A stretch of DNA of 64,000 nt from Limnochordia bacterium (lineage in GTDB: Bacteria; Bacillota; Limnochordia; DTU080): the NCBI GenBank assembly GCA_050951545.1, contig JBMNJG010000007.1, forward strand, positions 544,001 through 608,000. The letters are read 5' to 3'. Position numbers and translations under genes: made by a program. Position 1 is the first letter of the stretch. Every line of letters begins with the position of its first letter. The notes under the pieces are model-generated. The model ran no database searches and was not told where the DNA came from. It saw only the letters and a program-made list of their open reading frames with translations. Of the stretch, positions 1 to 8,931 are shown piece after piece.

Positions 1-183
1 AGCATTACCAACCTGGAGGGCACTTCTGAGAACCTGCAGGCTGCGGAGTCCCGCATCCGTGACGTGGATATGGCTCAGGAGATGACCCAGTTCACGCGCA
101 ACCAGATCCTGATGCAGTCCGGCACGGCGATGCTGGCTCAGGCCAACATGATGCCGCAGGCAGTTCTGAAGCTGCTGGGTTAG
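1..183 (+). CDS. fliC: Flagellin, C-terminal end (partial at window edge)
   Basis: Frame 1 reads [60 protein letters not shown], the canonical flagellin C-terminus. Not in the ORF track. Confidence 0.97.
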   Translation, partial: SITNLEGTSENLQAAESRIRDVDMAQEMTQFTRNQILMQSGTAMLAQANMMPQAVLKLLG

Positions 184-196
184 TGTGATGCAGTTG

Positions 197-231
197 TCGG
201 TGGGTTGGAGCTTGGTGCTCCAGCCCACCGA
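197..231 (+). terminator. Stem-loop after flagellin (terminator or mRNA stabiliser)
   Basis: 15-bp stem TCGGTGGGTTGGAGC / GCTCCAGCCCACCGA with one G-U pair and a 5-nt loop. No strong U-tract. Confidence 0.65.
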
Positions 232-269
232 TTATCAGGGCGTTGATATGAAAGAGGAGGCAGTGAGCC

Positions 270-683
270 ATGTCGCGAGTGCATGGCGTCACGGGTTGGC
301 GTGACGGATCAGCACAGGTTGCTCCGGCGATCGATCAGGCAGTACCTGTGCGCGAGTTCGACAAGCAGGAGATCAAAGAGAGTATCGGCATGCACCGCGA
401 GGACGAGTTCACTCAAGCCGCGAGAAGGGCTGGTCTGTTGCGCGGCGGGGAAGAGCCCTATCGCCAGCGGGTGGAAGAGGCAGTGCAAGCCTTCAACGAT
501 GCCTTGGCTGTTTTTGGCAGGCGTTTCCAGTTTAGCTTGCACGAGGGGACCAAGCGGATGATGGTCAAAGTGGTAGACACGCAGACCGAGGAAGTCTTGC
601 AGGAGGTACCTCCTGAGAAGATCCTGGATATGGTCGAAGAGCTGTGGAAGCTGGCTGGGCTTCTGGTGGATGAGCGGGCATAG
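270..683 (+). CDS. flaG: Flagellar protein FlaG
   Basis: FQFSLHEGTKRMMVKVVDTQTEEVLQEVPPEKILDM...GLLVDERA motif; lies between fliC and fliD; GAGGAGG RBS. Confidence 0.95.
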   Translation: MSRVHGVTGWRDGSAQVAPAIDQAVPVREFDKQEIKESIGMHREDEFTQAARRAGLLRGGEEPYRQRVEEAVQAFNDALAVFGRRFQFSLHEGTKRMMVKVVDTQTEEVLQEVPPEKILDMVEELWKLAGLLVDERA

Positions 684-696
684 AGGGGTGTAGGCG

Positions 697-2253
697 ATGA
701 AGCTGGGCGGTGCATCATCTTCGCAGAACATGCGCTTTTGGGGCCTGGGCTCGGGCCTCGATGTAGACGACATCGTCGGTAAGCTAATGAGCGTGGAGCG
801 CATACCGCTCGAGCGGCTGCATCAACGTCGGCAGTTGCTGCTGTGGCAGCAAGAGGAATACCGGGCCATCAACCTCAAGATGCGAGAGCTCAGTGAGGCC
901 GCTCTCTCCCTCCGCTTGGGGAGCAGTTTTACCCCGTCTCGGGTCACCTCTAGCCACGAGGAGATCGTGGGGGCAGCGGTGGCCGCAGGCGCACCCGAGG
1001 GCACCTATAGCCTGTCAGTCGAGCAGTTGGCCGACAGCCTGCATGTCTATAGCACCTCCATTGATGCCGGGGCGACGCTGAAAGAGCAGTTCCCCACGAT
1101 CGCCGATACTATCTCGTTTCAGATCGAAAAGGTCGCTGGTGACGGTGAGGAGGTCTTGGCGAGCCAGACCTTCACCTTCTCGACGGCCACCGCGAGTCTG
1201 CACGACGTGGTGAAGGCGATCAACGCTCTGCAGGGAGAGCTAGAGTTAGAGGCCTTGTACGATGCCGGGCTGGGTCGGTTTTTCTTGTCTGGAAAGAAAA
1301 CGGGCAGTGAGCTTGGGTACCGTCTGGTTGATGCCGCAGGTGATCTTCTTTCTACGCGTTTGGGGCTACAGTACCGCGATGAGGCAGGTACGGAACGCTC
1401 TGCAGTGGGCGAGGGGGCCGTGGTCACTGGTCGGGATGCAGTCTTCACACTCAACGGGGCCAGTGGGCTGCGTGCAGCATCAAACAGTGTGAGCATTAAC
1501 AGTGTGACCTTCTCCCTCAAACAGGTGAGCAGCCAACCTGTGATCATTCAGGTGCAGCGCGATGTGGAGCGAGCTGTGGGGGTCATTAGGGATTTCATAG
1601 CGAAGTACAATGCCTTCGTTGATTCCCTAAACAGCAAGCTTGCGGAGAAGAGACACTATAAGTACCAGCCGCTCACGGATGCGCAGAAAGACGAACTCTC
1701 GGAGAAAGAGATTGCTGAATGGCAGGAGAAGGCGCGTAGCGGGCTACTGCGCTCGGACCCCCTGCTCACAAGAGTGTTAACTGATCTGCGCGGTGCATTG
1801 ACTCGCCCAGTAGAGGGTGCGGACTCTCCGTATGGGATGCTCTTTCAGATCGGTATCACCACGGGTTCCTGGTATGAAGGCGGCAAGTTGCGCGTGGTGG
1901 ATGAGAGCAAATTACGTACGGCTCTGGCGCAGGATCCCGAGGGGGTGGCGGCTCTTTTCACTCAGCAGGGCACCGGCGCAGAGAGCACAGGTATCGGCTT
2001 GCGCTTTGGTGATGCTCTGAGTGCTGGCGTCGCGGCCTTGCGGACGCGGGCCGGTGTCGCCGAGGCGCCAGTTGACAGCAGCCCTCTGGGGAGGCAGATG
2101 AAGCTTCTAGACGAGCAGATAGAGATCATGGAGGCCAGGCTGCAGAGACGGGAGACGGCCTACTTCAGGCAGTTCGTGACGATGGAGTCTTTCATGTCTC
2201 AGGCGAACGCCCAGTCGATGTGGCTGTCACAGCAGTTTGGAGGCTGGAGCTGA
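697..2253 (+). CDS. fliD: Flagellar filament cap protein FliD
   Basis: N-terminal GLGSGLDVDDIVGKLM, central YQPLTDAQK...GLLRSD, C-terminal YFRQFVTME...NAQSMWL. Confidence 0.96.
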   Translation: MKLGGASSSQNMRFWGLGSGLDVDDIVGKLMSVERIPLERLHQRRQLLLWQQEEYRAINLKMRELSEAALSLRLGSSFTPSRVTSSHEEIVGAAVAAGAPEGTYSLSVEQLADSLHVYSTSIDAGATLKEQFPTIADTISFQIEKVAGDGEEVLASQTFTFSTATASLHDVVKAINALQGELELEALYDAGLGRFFLSGKKTGSELGYRLVDAAGDLLSTRLGLQYRDEAGTERSAVGEGAVVTGRDAVFTLNGASGLRAASNSVSINSVTFSLKQVSSQPVIIQVQRDVERAVGVIRDFIAKYNAFVDSLNSKLAEKRHYKYQPLTDAQKDELSEKEIAEWQEKARSGLLRSDPLLTRVLTDLRGALTRPVEGADSPYGMLFQIGITTGSWYEGGKLRVVDESKLRTALAQDPEGVAALFTQQGTGAESTGIGLRFGDALSAGVAALRTRAGVAEAPVDSSPLGRQMKLLDEQIEIMEARLQRRETAYFRQFVTMESFMSQANAQSMWLSQQFGGWS

Positions 2254-2255
2254 GT

Positions 2256-2645
2256 ATGGTCGAGCGCTTGCAGGTGGTAGTTAGGCATTTGGAGCAGTTG
2301 GCCAGCATCGTGCAAGAGGCAATAGACCTGCTGCAAGAGGAGCGCGTGGAGACGGATGCCTTGGACTGTCTGATGCAGCGCCGGGAAGAGGTTTTCCACC
2401 ATCTGCAGTACAGCTGGGTTTCCCTGTCCGATGAGGAGCTAGGAGCAGAAACCAAGAAAGAACTCGGCGAGAGAGCGGCTCGCGTCAAGGCTCTGGACGC
2501 CCAAGCCATGGAGTTAGCCCGGCAACACGGCACGGACGCCTTGGAGCGCTGGCGGGAGTCGCAGCTACAGCGCTCTGCTCGGGAGCTCTATGGGGGCGGC
2601 CCATCACAGGAGCGAGGTTTGTTCGTCGATCGCCGCGATGCCTAG
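2256..2645 (+). CDS. Helical flagellar chaperone-like protein (FliT/FlgN-like)
   Basis: 129-aa helical ORF coupled to fliD; the C-terminal Y...GLFVDRR resembles Firmicute FliT-like proteins. Start moved to the ATG at 2256. Confidence 0.6.
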   Translation: MVERLQVVVRHLEQLASIVQEAIDLLQEERVETDALDCLMQRREEVFHHLQYSWVSLSDEELGAETKKELGERAARVKALDAQAMELARQHGTDALERWRESQLQRSARELYGGGPSQERGLFVDRRDA

Positions 2646-2672
2646 ATTAAAGCGACCATAGGGGGGCTTTTT

Positions 2673-3083
2673 TTGTTTCAGCAGGAGGCTTTAGCCACAT
2701 ACCGCAGGGCGCAGTTGGAGACGGCGACACCTTACGAACTTGTAGGGCGCCTGTACGGGGCGGCCATCCGCGCCTGCAAGACCGCAGCAGTCGCTCTAGA
2801 GAGTCATGAGAAAGAGAAGGCGAGAGAGGCTTTCTATAAGGCCCAGGACATCCTCACGGAGTTGATGGCCTCGCTGGATTTCAAAGCAGGCGGTGAGATT
2901 GCTCTGGGCTTACATCGGCTCTACGAGTATATGCACGCTCGTCTGGTGGAGAGTCATCTGCAGGGTGACGCGCAAGGAGCCAGAGAAGTGGCCGGGCTGC
3001 TGGAGCAGATAGCCGAGGCCTGGGCCGAGATGAAGCCGGGGCGGTCAGCGGAGGAGAAGGCAGATGGCAGCCCGGCCTCGTGA
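2673..3083 (+). CDS. fliS: Flagellar export chaperone FliS
   Basis: YRRAQLETATP.EL..LY.AAI, KAQDILTELMASLDF..GGEIA..L..LYEYM, and W.E motifs. Confidence 0.96.
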   Translation: MFQQEALATYRRAQLETATPYELVGRLYGAAIRACKTAAVALESHEKEKAREAFYKAQDILTELMASLDFKAGGEIALGLHRLYEYMHARLVESHLQGDAQGAREVAGLLEQIAEAWAEMKPGRSAEEKADGSPAS

Positions 3084-3212
3084 GTGGCTCCATTACGCAC
3101 TAGCACAACGAGGTGTGTTTGTGTCGATGGTATAACCTTGAGCTGCTACGGAGGACAGCTTTGGTCAGGCGTAGAAAGCAGGTCGTATCCTAGGCAATCG
3201 AGGTGACCTGTA

Positions 3213-3971
3213 GTGCGCTTTATGAGCTACAACATTCAGATCGCAGTCGCCCGAGCGCATAACCCCAAGTGGAATCCTGAGCTATTCAGTCTCTCCGGCG
3301 TGGCCGAGGTGATCGCCAGTCAGTCACCAGATGTCGTGGCCCTGCAAGAGGTCGACCGTGGCCGCAGCCGTTCGGCATACGCCGATCAGACACGCTGGCT
3401 CGGTGAGCATCTTGGTTACTATTACGCTTTTGCTCCTGCCTACAGCCAGCTGCAGGAGAATGGCTCGGACGGCGAGTATGGAAATGCCCTCTTGTCGCGC
3501 TATCCCATAACCGACGTGCAAGTGATCAACCTCGATCCGGGGGTCAAAGAGCCCGCACCTCGCCACCGCTGGATCGAGCCTCGTTGTTGCTTCGTGGCTC
3601 GCATCGAGGCGGAGACGCCAGTGCAGGTGATGGGCTTGCATCTATCTACGGTTTTCGAACAACGTGTACAACCGCTCGAGCAAGTTGCTGATCTGGTGGA
3701 GGCGAATGCAGGTCTACCAACAGTCCTCATGGGCGATTTCAATGCGACTCACGAGGAGCTCAATGCGACGCGGCTACCCAAGCTGCTAGACAATCTTCTT
3801 GAGCCCAATCCCGTCTTTACTTTCCCGAATGGGCTTCCGGCCGACAGATGCATAGATCACATCTGGGTGAGTCGAGACTGGCGGGTGGGCGCTGTGTGGG
3901 TGGTCTCAGAGCGCCTGGGGCGCTCTGATCATAATCCTGTGGTGGCGGATCTCGATCTGCCCAAGGAGTAG
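3213..3971 (+). CDS. Endonuclease/exonuclease/phosphatase family protein
   Basis: MSYNI, DVVALQEVD, YGNALLSRYP, LMGDFNA, IDHIWVS, SDHNPV motifs. Confidence 0.92.
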   Translation: MRFMSYNIQIAVARAHNPKWNPELFSLSGVAEVIASQSPDVVALQEVDRGRSRSAYADQTRWLGEHLGYYYAFAPAYSQLQENGSDGEYGNALLSRYPITDVQVINLDPGVKEPAPRHRWIEPRCCFVARIEAETPVQVMGLHLSTVFEQRVQPLEQVADLVEANAGLPTVLMGDFNATHEELNATRLPKLLDNLLEPNPVFTFPNGLPADRCIDHIWVSRDWRVGAVWVVSERLGRSDHNPVVADLDLPKE

Positions 3972-4223
3972 ACCAGTATTCGTCCTTGCAGCTGAACATA
4001 CCTAGCCTACGGGGTCGGAGGTAGCGGCCTGAGCGGTGGGCCAACTCGCCACTAGTCCGCTTATTCTGGTGGAGCCACAGTCGCTGTCAGGGAGCTGTGG
4101 GGGGGTCGAAAGACACCCCAAGCTCCTTGCCCATGTCTCTTCCCATGCAGTCAGCAGGCGCAGGCTTTGGGCATGCTATAGGAGAACTCATGCGGCTTAT
4201 GTCTTGCGGGGGAGTGCATTCCG

Positions 4224-4943
4224 ATTCCGTTCTGGGCAAGTCAGGAGTATCTAGGTTTTCTCGGGTGGGTGGCCCGGGCTGTCGTGATGTTTTTCTGGTT
4301 ACTACTGCTCACGCGGATTGCGGGGCAACGCCAGATAGGGCGTTTGTCGGGTTTTGACCTGGTGGTGGTCATCGCACTCATCGCGACGGCGACGGGACCC
4401 CTACACAGTGCCAGGGATAGCGTGACCAGTGCGATGATCAGCACAGCGGTGATCGCAGTTCTAGACGTAGGGCTCTCTTACGTAGCCCTTAGGAACTCCA
4501 AGCTGCGTCGAATGGTGGAAGATGAGCCCCTCGTGATCATGCAAAACGGGCGCGTTTTGGAGGGGATGATGCGCAAGGCTCGCTTCAATATAGATAACCT
4601 GCTCTCCGAGCTACGGATCAAGGGGATTCATAGCCTATGCGATGTGGAGTTTGCCATCCTGGAGCCCAACGGCCGATTGAGTGTCATCCCTAAGTCTCAG
4701 GCTCGGCCCCTCACCCCGCGCGATGCCCAGGTCTCTACCCACTACGAGGGCCTGTCCACGGTGCTGATCGAGGATGGCAATGTTCTGGAAGACAACCTTC
4801 GTCGGGTAGAACTGAGCAAAGAATGGCTGTACGAGCAGCTGCAGCAGCAGGGACTCAGCGGTCCACATGAGGCGATGTTAGCCTCCCTCGACACACAAGG
4901 CGTGCTCTATGTGGCCCGCAAGGGTGACACGTACCGCCACTAA
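4224..4943 (+). CDS. DUF421 (YetF-like) membrane protein
   Basis: GQRQIGRLSGFD, EPLVIMQNG, ELRIKGI...VEFAILEPNGRLSV. The ORF track starts at GTG 4269, but the homologous-looking N-terminus extends to an ATT at 4224. Confidence 0.9.
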   Translation: MPFWASQEYLGFLGWVARAVVMFFWLLLLTRIAGQRQIGRLSGFDLVVVIALIATATGPLHSARDSVTSAMISTAVIAVLDVGLSYVALRNSKLRRMVEDEPLVIMQNGRVLEGMMRKARFNIDNLLSELRIKGIHSLCDVEFAILEPNGRLSVIPKSQARPLTPRDAQVSTHYEGLSTVLIEDGNVLEDNLRRVELSKEWLYEQLQQQGLSGPHEAMLASLDTQGVLYVARKGDTYRH

Positions 4944-5074
4944 CCTCACACGGTATTGGCCTTCCCGGCCGCCTTTCATGTCGTCGTAAGTGCCTACCCA
5001 TGCCACAAAATCGCCTTTGGTGGGTGTTTCATGGGCCATGTCGCGGAAGCGACCGCACTGCTCCTGGTTCGACG

Positions 5075-5340
5075 CCCTACATCAGCCATAGCCACTATGC
5101 CGCCGAAATTGCCGATGGGGTTGAGCTCGCTCCAGGTGGCTCCGTCATCATGAGAGACCGCCATGCGCGCCGGGTAAAGGCCGGAAAACATGATCAGACG
5201 CTTCACACCTTGCGCGTCCACCACCCGGTAGATGGTGGGAACCTCTTTGCCTGTCGCCCAACTGGCTGGAACGGGCAGCCTATCCGACCACGTGAGACCC
5301 GCATCGGTGCTACGCTTTAATACCACTGGCCCCCTGGTTT
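5075..5340 (-). pseudogene. Internal fragment of a BNR/Asp-box sialidase-family gene
   Basis: Two Asp boxes (STDAGLTW, SHDDGATW) in about 90 codons; no credible start or C-terminus. Confidence 0.75.
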
Positions 5341-8300
5341 TCACCACTGCCAGGTGTCAAAAACCTTCCATAGCTCGTCAAGCTCCTCTTGGTTTTCAAC
5401 ATAGACGGATGTCCCCGCTGATATGCGCCCTTCCGCGCCAATGGCATACAGCACATGCGGGCCATGAGATTCCTCTTTCGTCGGCAGCGAAGCGGGTTGG
5501 CCAGCCAACACGGTGACGCGGGTTACTGCCTTGGCACGTACGGTCTCTACCGATGGGATTTTCGCGGTGGTCGGCCCCTCCAAAAGATAGACGGTGGCGT
5601 CTACTGAACTTGTGAGCTGTATCGGTTCCCCTGATTCCACTTGAGAGGATACGCCCGATAGCTGTGGGGGCAGCCGTTCACCGATGGTTACCGCCACCAT
5701 CGACTCCTCATCATCAGCGATATGCGCTCCCGTGAACGACGCCGCCGCGTACAGCGCATGGGTGGCCGTAAGCCACTGCCTCCCAGTGGGTGCCTGGCTG
5801 AACTGAAAGTGTCCTGTCGCATCGGTCAGGGCTGGGCCCGACGCGTAACCGACTATTTGAACTACGGCCCCCTCCACGGGCTGGCCCGTCAGGTCGCGCA
5901 CAGTTCCGGAGATCATCCCTGTCATGGGCTCAAGCTTTGATTGCCCCTCTAGCCCAGGTGCATGAGGTAGCGATGAGGAATCCGCGCGCCCTAACAGTTC
6001 AAATGTGACCGGGCCCTCAACGAACCAGTTTGGGAAGAACACCATGTCAACCCCGGTTTCGCTATGTTCAACTCCAGGATCGTCGATGAGGTAAACGCGG
6101 GATCGATCATCATCACCGTCTATCGGTTCCACGTAGTCGATCCTGACGGCATGCCGACTTCCGTCCCCAAAGACAAGTGCCAAGATCTCATTGGACAACT
6201 GCTTTCCCGGTGGGAAATAGGCGTCGACCTCAATGAAATGCTGTAGCGTGTTTTCATCGGCAGGACCGGATCGCCCGACCTTCCCACCAGCTCGGCCGAT
6301 GGCCATGACCCGTCCCGTTACGTCGGCGGGCGAGGTCAAGGCAAGTCGTGGTGTTTTCATATGCCCGCCACCAATAACGAGCGCGTTTCTGACGACCCCC
6401 CCTTCACGACGAAGCCATCCTAAGCTCCCGGAGAAGCTAATCTGATGGGAATCGACAACGTATGACGGGTATTGCACAGGACCATCCGGGGTGGCGATGA
6501 GGACATCTGAAAAACCTGGACCGCTGACTTCAATGGCCACTACATTTTCCGGTTGCCCGACTATGGGGAGGGCCTCAAAGTGCAGTGGCAGAGGCTCAGA
6601 CTCGTACGGGTTATGAATGACGACGAACACGTTCGTCGGACCCAGTCGTCGAAGTCCCGCAAACGGTGCCTCGCCTGCTCTCCGCATGGCCGGACCCATG
6701 CCGACGATCACTTCGGTCGGTGTTTCATCGGAGAGTAGCCATCCTTCGATTCCGGAAACACCATCACTCGGATAGATCCTGTAATGAACATCCTCTACGG
6801 TTCTCCCTGATTCAAGCTGGCTGATCCATTGATGATAAGATCCGCTTCTTCGTTTCAGATCGATGTCGACATCTAGGGAGTACTCCTGGCCTAACGGTCC
6901 GTGGATCATCCAATCATGGACGTGACCACCGTCCACCCAAAATATGTCGACGATGTACGGCGAACCGATCGGTCGCTCGACCGCCACCACCAGACGTTCA
7001 TAGCGAGAGACTTCGGCGGGGTAAAGCGCATCGGCAGCTGCCTTCGCTACCATGATGCCGGGAGTTTTCACATCGTACAGCATAAGCTCTGTACGATTTC
7101 CATTCGAAGCGTGGTAGTTTTGCCAATCATCTGTTGACCCAGTACCCTTGCCCCAGTCAATACTCACTTGACGTCCTTGAAAGCGATTAAACTGGTTCTT
7201 CTCGTCGACAACTACTGTGTTATGTGCGGCTGTACTTGACTGCCATGGACGATTACCGTGATACTCACCGTCTGACAGTAGTTCGGTTCCGTGCGCCCAC
7301 AAGACGACGCCGAGGGCGTCCAAGTGCTCGTGGCCGTCAGGAGAGGTAAACGTAAGATGCAGTTGAAATTGGTCTTTGCCTTCCCCGGAACCAAGCGTGG
7401 CGATCCCGGCAGCTGGCAACAAAGAGGGAACCGACTTAGACGGCTTAGGTCCTTGCTGGGTCGAGTGGCTGTCATTGATCGCCAGGTAACGGCTGTTTGG
7501 CAGGACCAATGAATCGACTGCCTTACTGGTCAAGGCGGAGAAGGCTCCCCAGCGGGATTGTGCGTCGAGATTCTCAATGCGATTGCCTTCTACGGGATCT
7601 ACGTAACCGACAGGATCGGTATATCCTTGGAGCCGATCGATCAAACGGGGGAGCCGGTTCGTCACCATGAGCGCGTACGACGGGGTTGCTTCATGCCACA
7701 TCCCGTCCCTGTAAAACCCTCTGTATACGATGCGGTCGACCCAGCGTATCGCTTGTCGAACCCACGTTGGCTTGCCCATCGCCTGGGCCAGATCGATCAT
7801 GCCCAAAATACGCTGGGGCTCCATGTTGGTCCACATAGGCGCCCAGTGCTCAGTAAGGACACGCCACCAATAGACGAAGAAATCATCCATGGTGGTCACC
7901 GGGTCGTCGACACCGAGCTCGTCAGCGACCTCCGCTAACACATCTCTGCCTGTTTGGGTGCCAAGCAAGTAGTCGTAGGCCCGGGCCAAACGCGCCACCA
8001 GGGGGACGTCTGTGTAAAACCAATCACTCCAGATCCGCCCGGCCCAATTGCCGCTGTTCGGAGCGCGCTTATCTTTCAGACTGTATGGAGGTAAATCCGT
8101 CCTCGAAGTCACAGGCCATTCCCCTGCTACTCGCTGGAAACCGAGCAGAATATGGGCTACTTTACGTCCCGCCTCGCGATCGTTCGAGGCGTAGAAGTAT
8201 TCGGCAAGTCCTTCCACGTGGTCCAAGAACTCTTTCTGACGACCCTCCTGCGGCCCTACCGTAGAAAAACCAGTCTTGATCTCCTCTTCGGACCCGATGC

Positions 8301-8559
8301 GGGATACAGATCCCTTCGTCTTGAGTGCGTTGGCGTAAAGCGCCCGCAACTCTGGCTTATCAGGGTTGAAATCGCTCGGCACGGCAGCGACCTCCGATAG
8401 CACTTCCTGTCTGATCCATGCTGCATATGGATCGGTAAAAGGTCGCTCATCCCACCTCCAGATAGGATTTGCTGCAGAGATCACTACACTGCCCAGCACT
8501 ACAACGAAGAGTGTCACTTTACATGCCGCGATACCCCATGTACGAAGCAATATCCGCAC
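5341..8559 (-). CDS. Secreted heparinase II/III-family (polysaccharide lyase-like) protein with C-terminal carboxypeptidase-regulatory-like/Ig module
   Basis: DGMWHEATPSY, GHEHLDAL, STAAHNTVVVD, ISGTVRD..GQPVEGAVV. Likely GTG start at 8559 after AGGAAGG, followed by a signal peptide. Confidence 0.85.
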   Translation of the reverse strand: MRILLRTWGIAACKVTLFVVVLGSVVISAANPIWRWDERPFTDPYAAWIRQEVLSEVAAVPSDFNPDKPELRALYANALKTKGSVSRIGSEEEIKTGFSTVGPQEGRQKEFLDHVEGLAEYFYASNDREAGRKVAHILLGFQRVAGEWPVTSRTDLPPYSLKDKRAPNSGNWAGRIWSDWFYTDVPLVARLARAYDYLLGTQTGRDVLAEVADELGVDDPVTTMDDFFVYWWRVLTEHWAPMWTNMEPQRILGMIDLAQAMGKPTWVRQAIRWVDRIVYRGFYRDGMWHEATPSYALMVTNRLPRLIDRLQGYTDPVGYVDPVEGNRIENLDAQSRWGAFSALTSKAVDSLVLPNSRYLAINDSHSTQQGPKPSKSVPSLLPAAGIATLGSGEGKDQFQLHLTFTSPDGHEHLDALGVVLWAHGTELLSDGEYHGNRPWQSSTAAHNTVVVDEKNQFNRFQGRQVSIDWGKGTGSTDDWQNYHASNGNRTELMLYDVKTPGIMVAKAAADALYPAEVSRYERLVVAVERPIGSPYIVDIFWVDGGHVHDWMIHGPLGQEYSLDVDIDLKRRSGSYHQWISQLESGRTVEDVHYRIYPSDGVSGIEGWLLSDETPTEVIVGMGPAMRRAGEAPFAGLRRLGPTNVFVVIHNPYESEPLPLHFEALPIVGQPENVVAIEVSGPGFSDVLIATPDGPVQYPSYVVDSHQISFSGSLGWLRREGGVVRNALVIGGGHMKTPRLALTSPADVTGRVMAIGRAGGKVGRSGPADENTLQHFIEVDAYFPPGKQLSNEILALVFGDGSRHAVRIDYVEPIDGDDDRSRVYLIDDPGVEHSETGVDMVFFPNWFVEGPVTFELLGRADSSSLPHAPGLEGQSKLEPMTGMISGTVRDLTGQPVEGAVVQIVGYASGPALTDATGHFQFSQAPTGRQWLTATHALYAAASFTGAHIADDEESMVAVTIGERLPPQLSGVSSQVESGEPIQLTSSVDATVYLLEGPTTAKIPSVETVRAKAVTRVTVLAGQPASLPTKEESHGPHVLYAIGAEGRISAGTSVYVENQEELDELWKVFDTWQW

Positions 8560-8801
8560 CGGATTCACCTTCCTCGCACTCATGGAACATGGATTTGCGC
8601 GTTGACGATACAAGCGGAAAGATGGAGCTGGTGAACAACGTGTTCCAAGCCGTTGGGTCTGCACTACCGATCCAGTGTACGAGGTGCAGTGCGGTCCCAA
8701 TCGGCTAGGGTGGCAACGCGTACGCCCCAAGGGGGTTTCTCTGCTGGATGGGGGCTCTGCACAGAGAGGTGAGAACTGATTCATGCTCACACCTCCATAA
8801 C

Positions 8802-8839
8802 AGCGTGCTATCATAGCGTGCTATCATTTTGATAGTATC
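8802..8839. promoter_or_regulatory. Operator-like repeat cluster
   Basis: Tandem 13-mer AGCGTGCTATCAT x2 followed by TTTGATAGTATC, forming a TGCTATCA/TGATAGTA inverted pair; lies upstream of a GGAGG RBS and ATG (8784, minus strand). Confidence 0.5.
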
Positions 8840-8931
8840 TGATGCCAGAGGGAAACACAATGTCCGATGGTTCGCAAGCTCCCTGCCGGGGTGCTGGCCC
8901 ATCTTTGGAGGGTGCGTTGCGGTCACAGCGC

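Noticed and set aside
220-250. Sigma-28 promoter for flaG
   Set aside because: CCGATTAT resembles a -10 box, but there is no TAAA -35 at the right spacing and it lies in the hairpin arm.
8560-8814. 85-aa N-terminal extension of the 1157-aa ORF
   Set aside because: Non-protein-like composition; a better RBS and a signal peptide begin at 8559.
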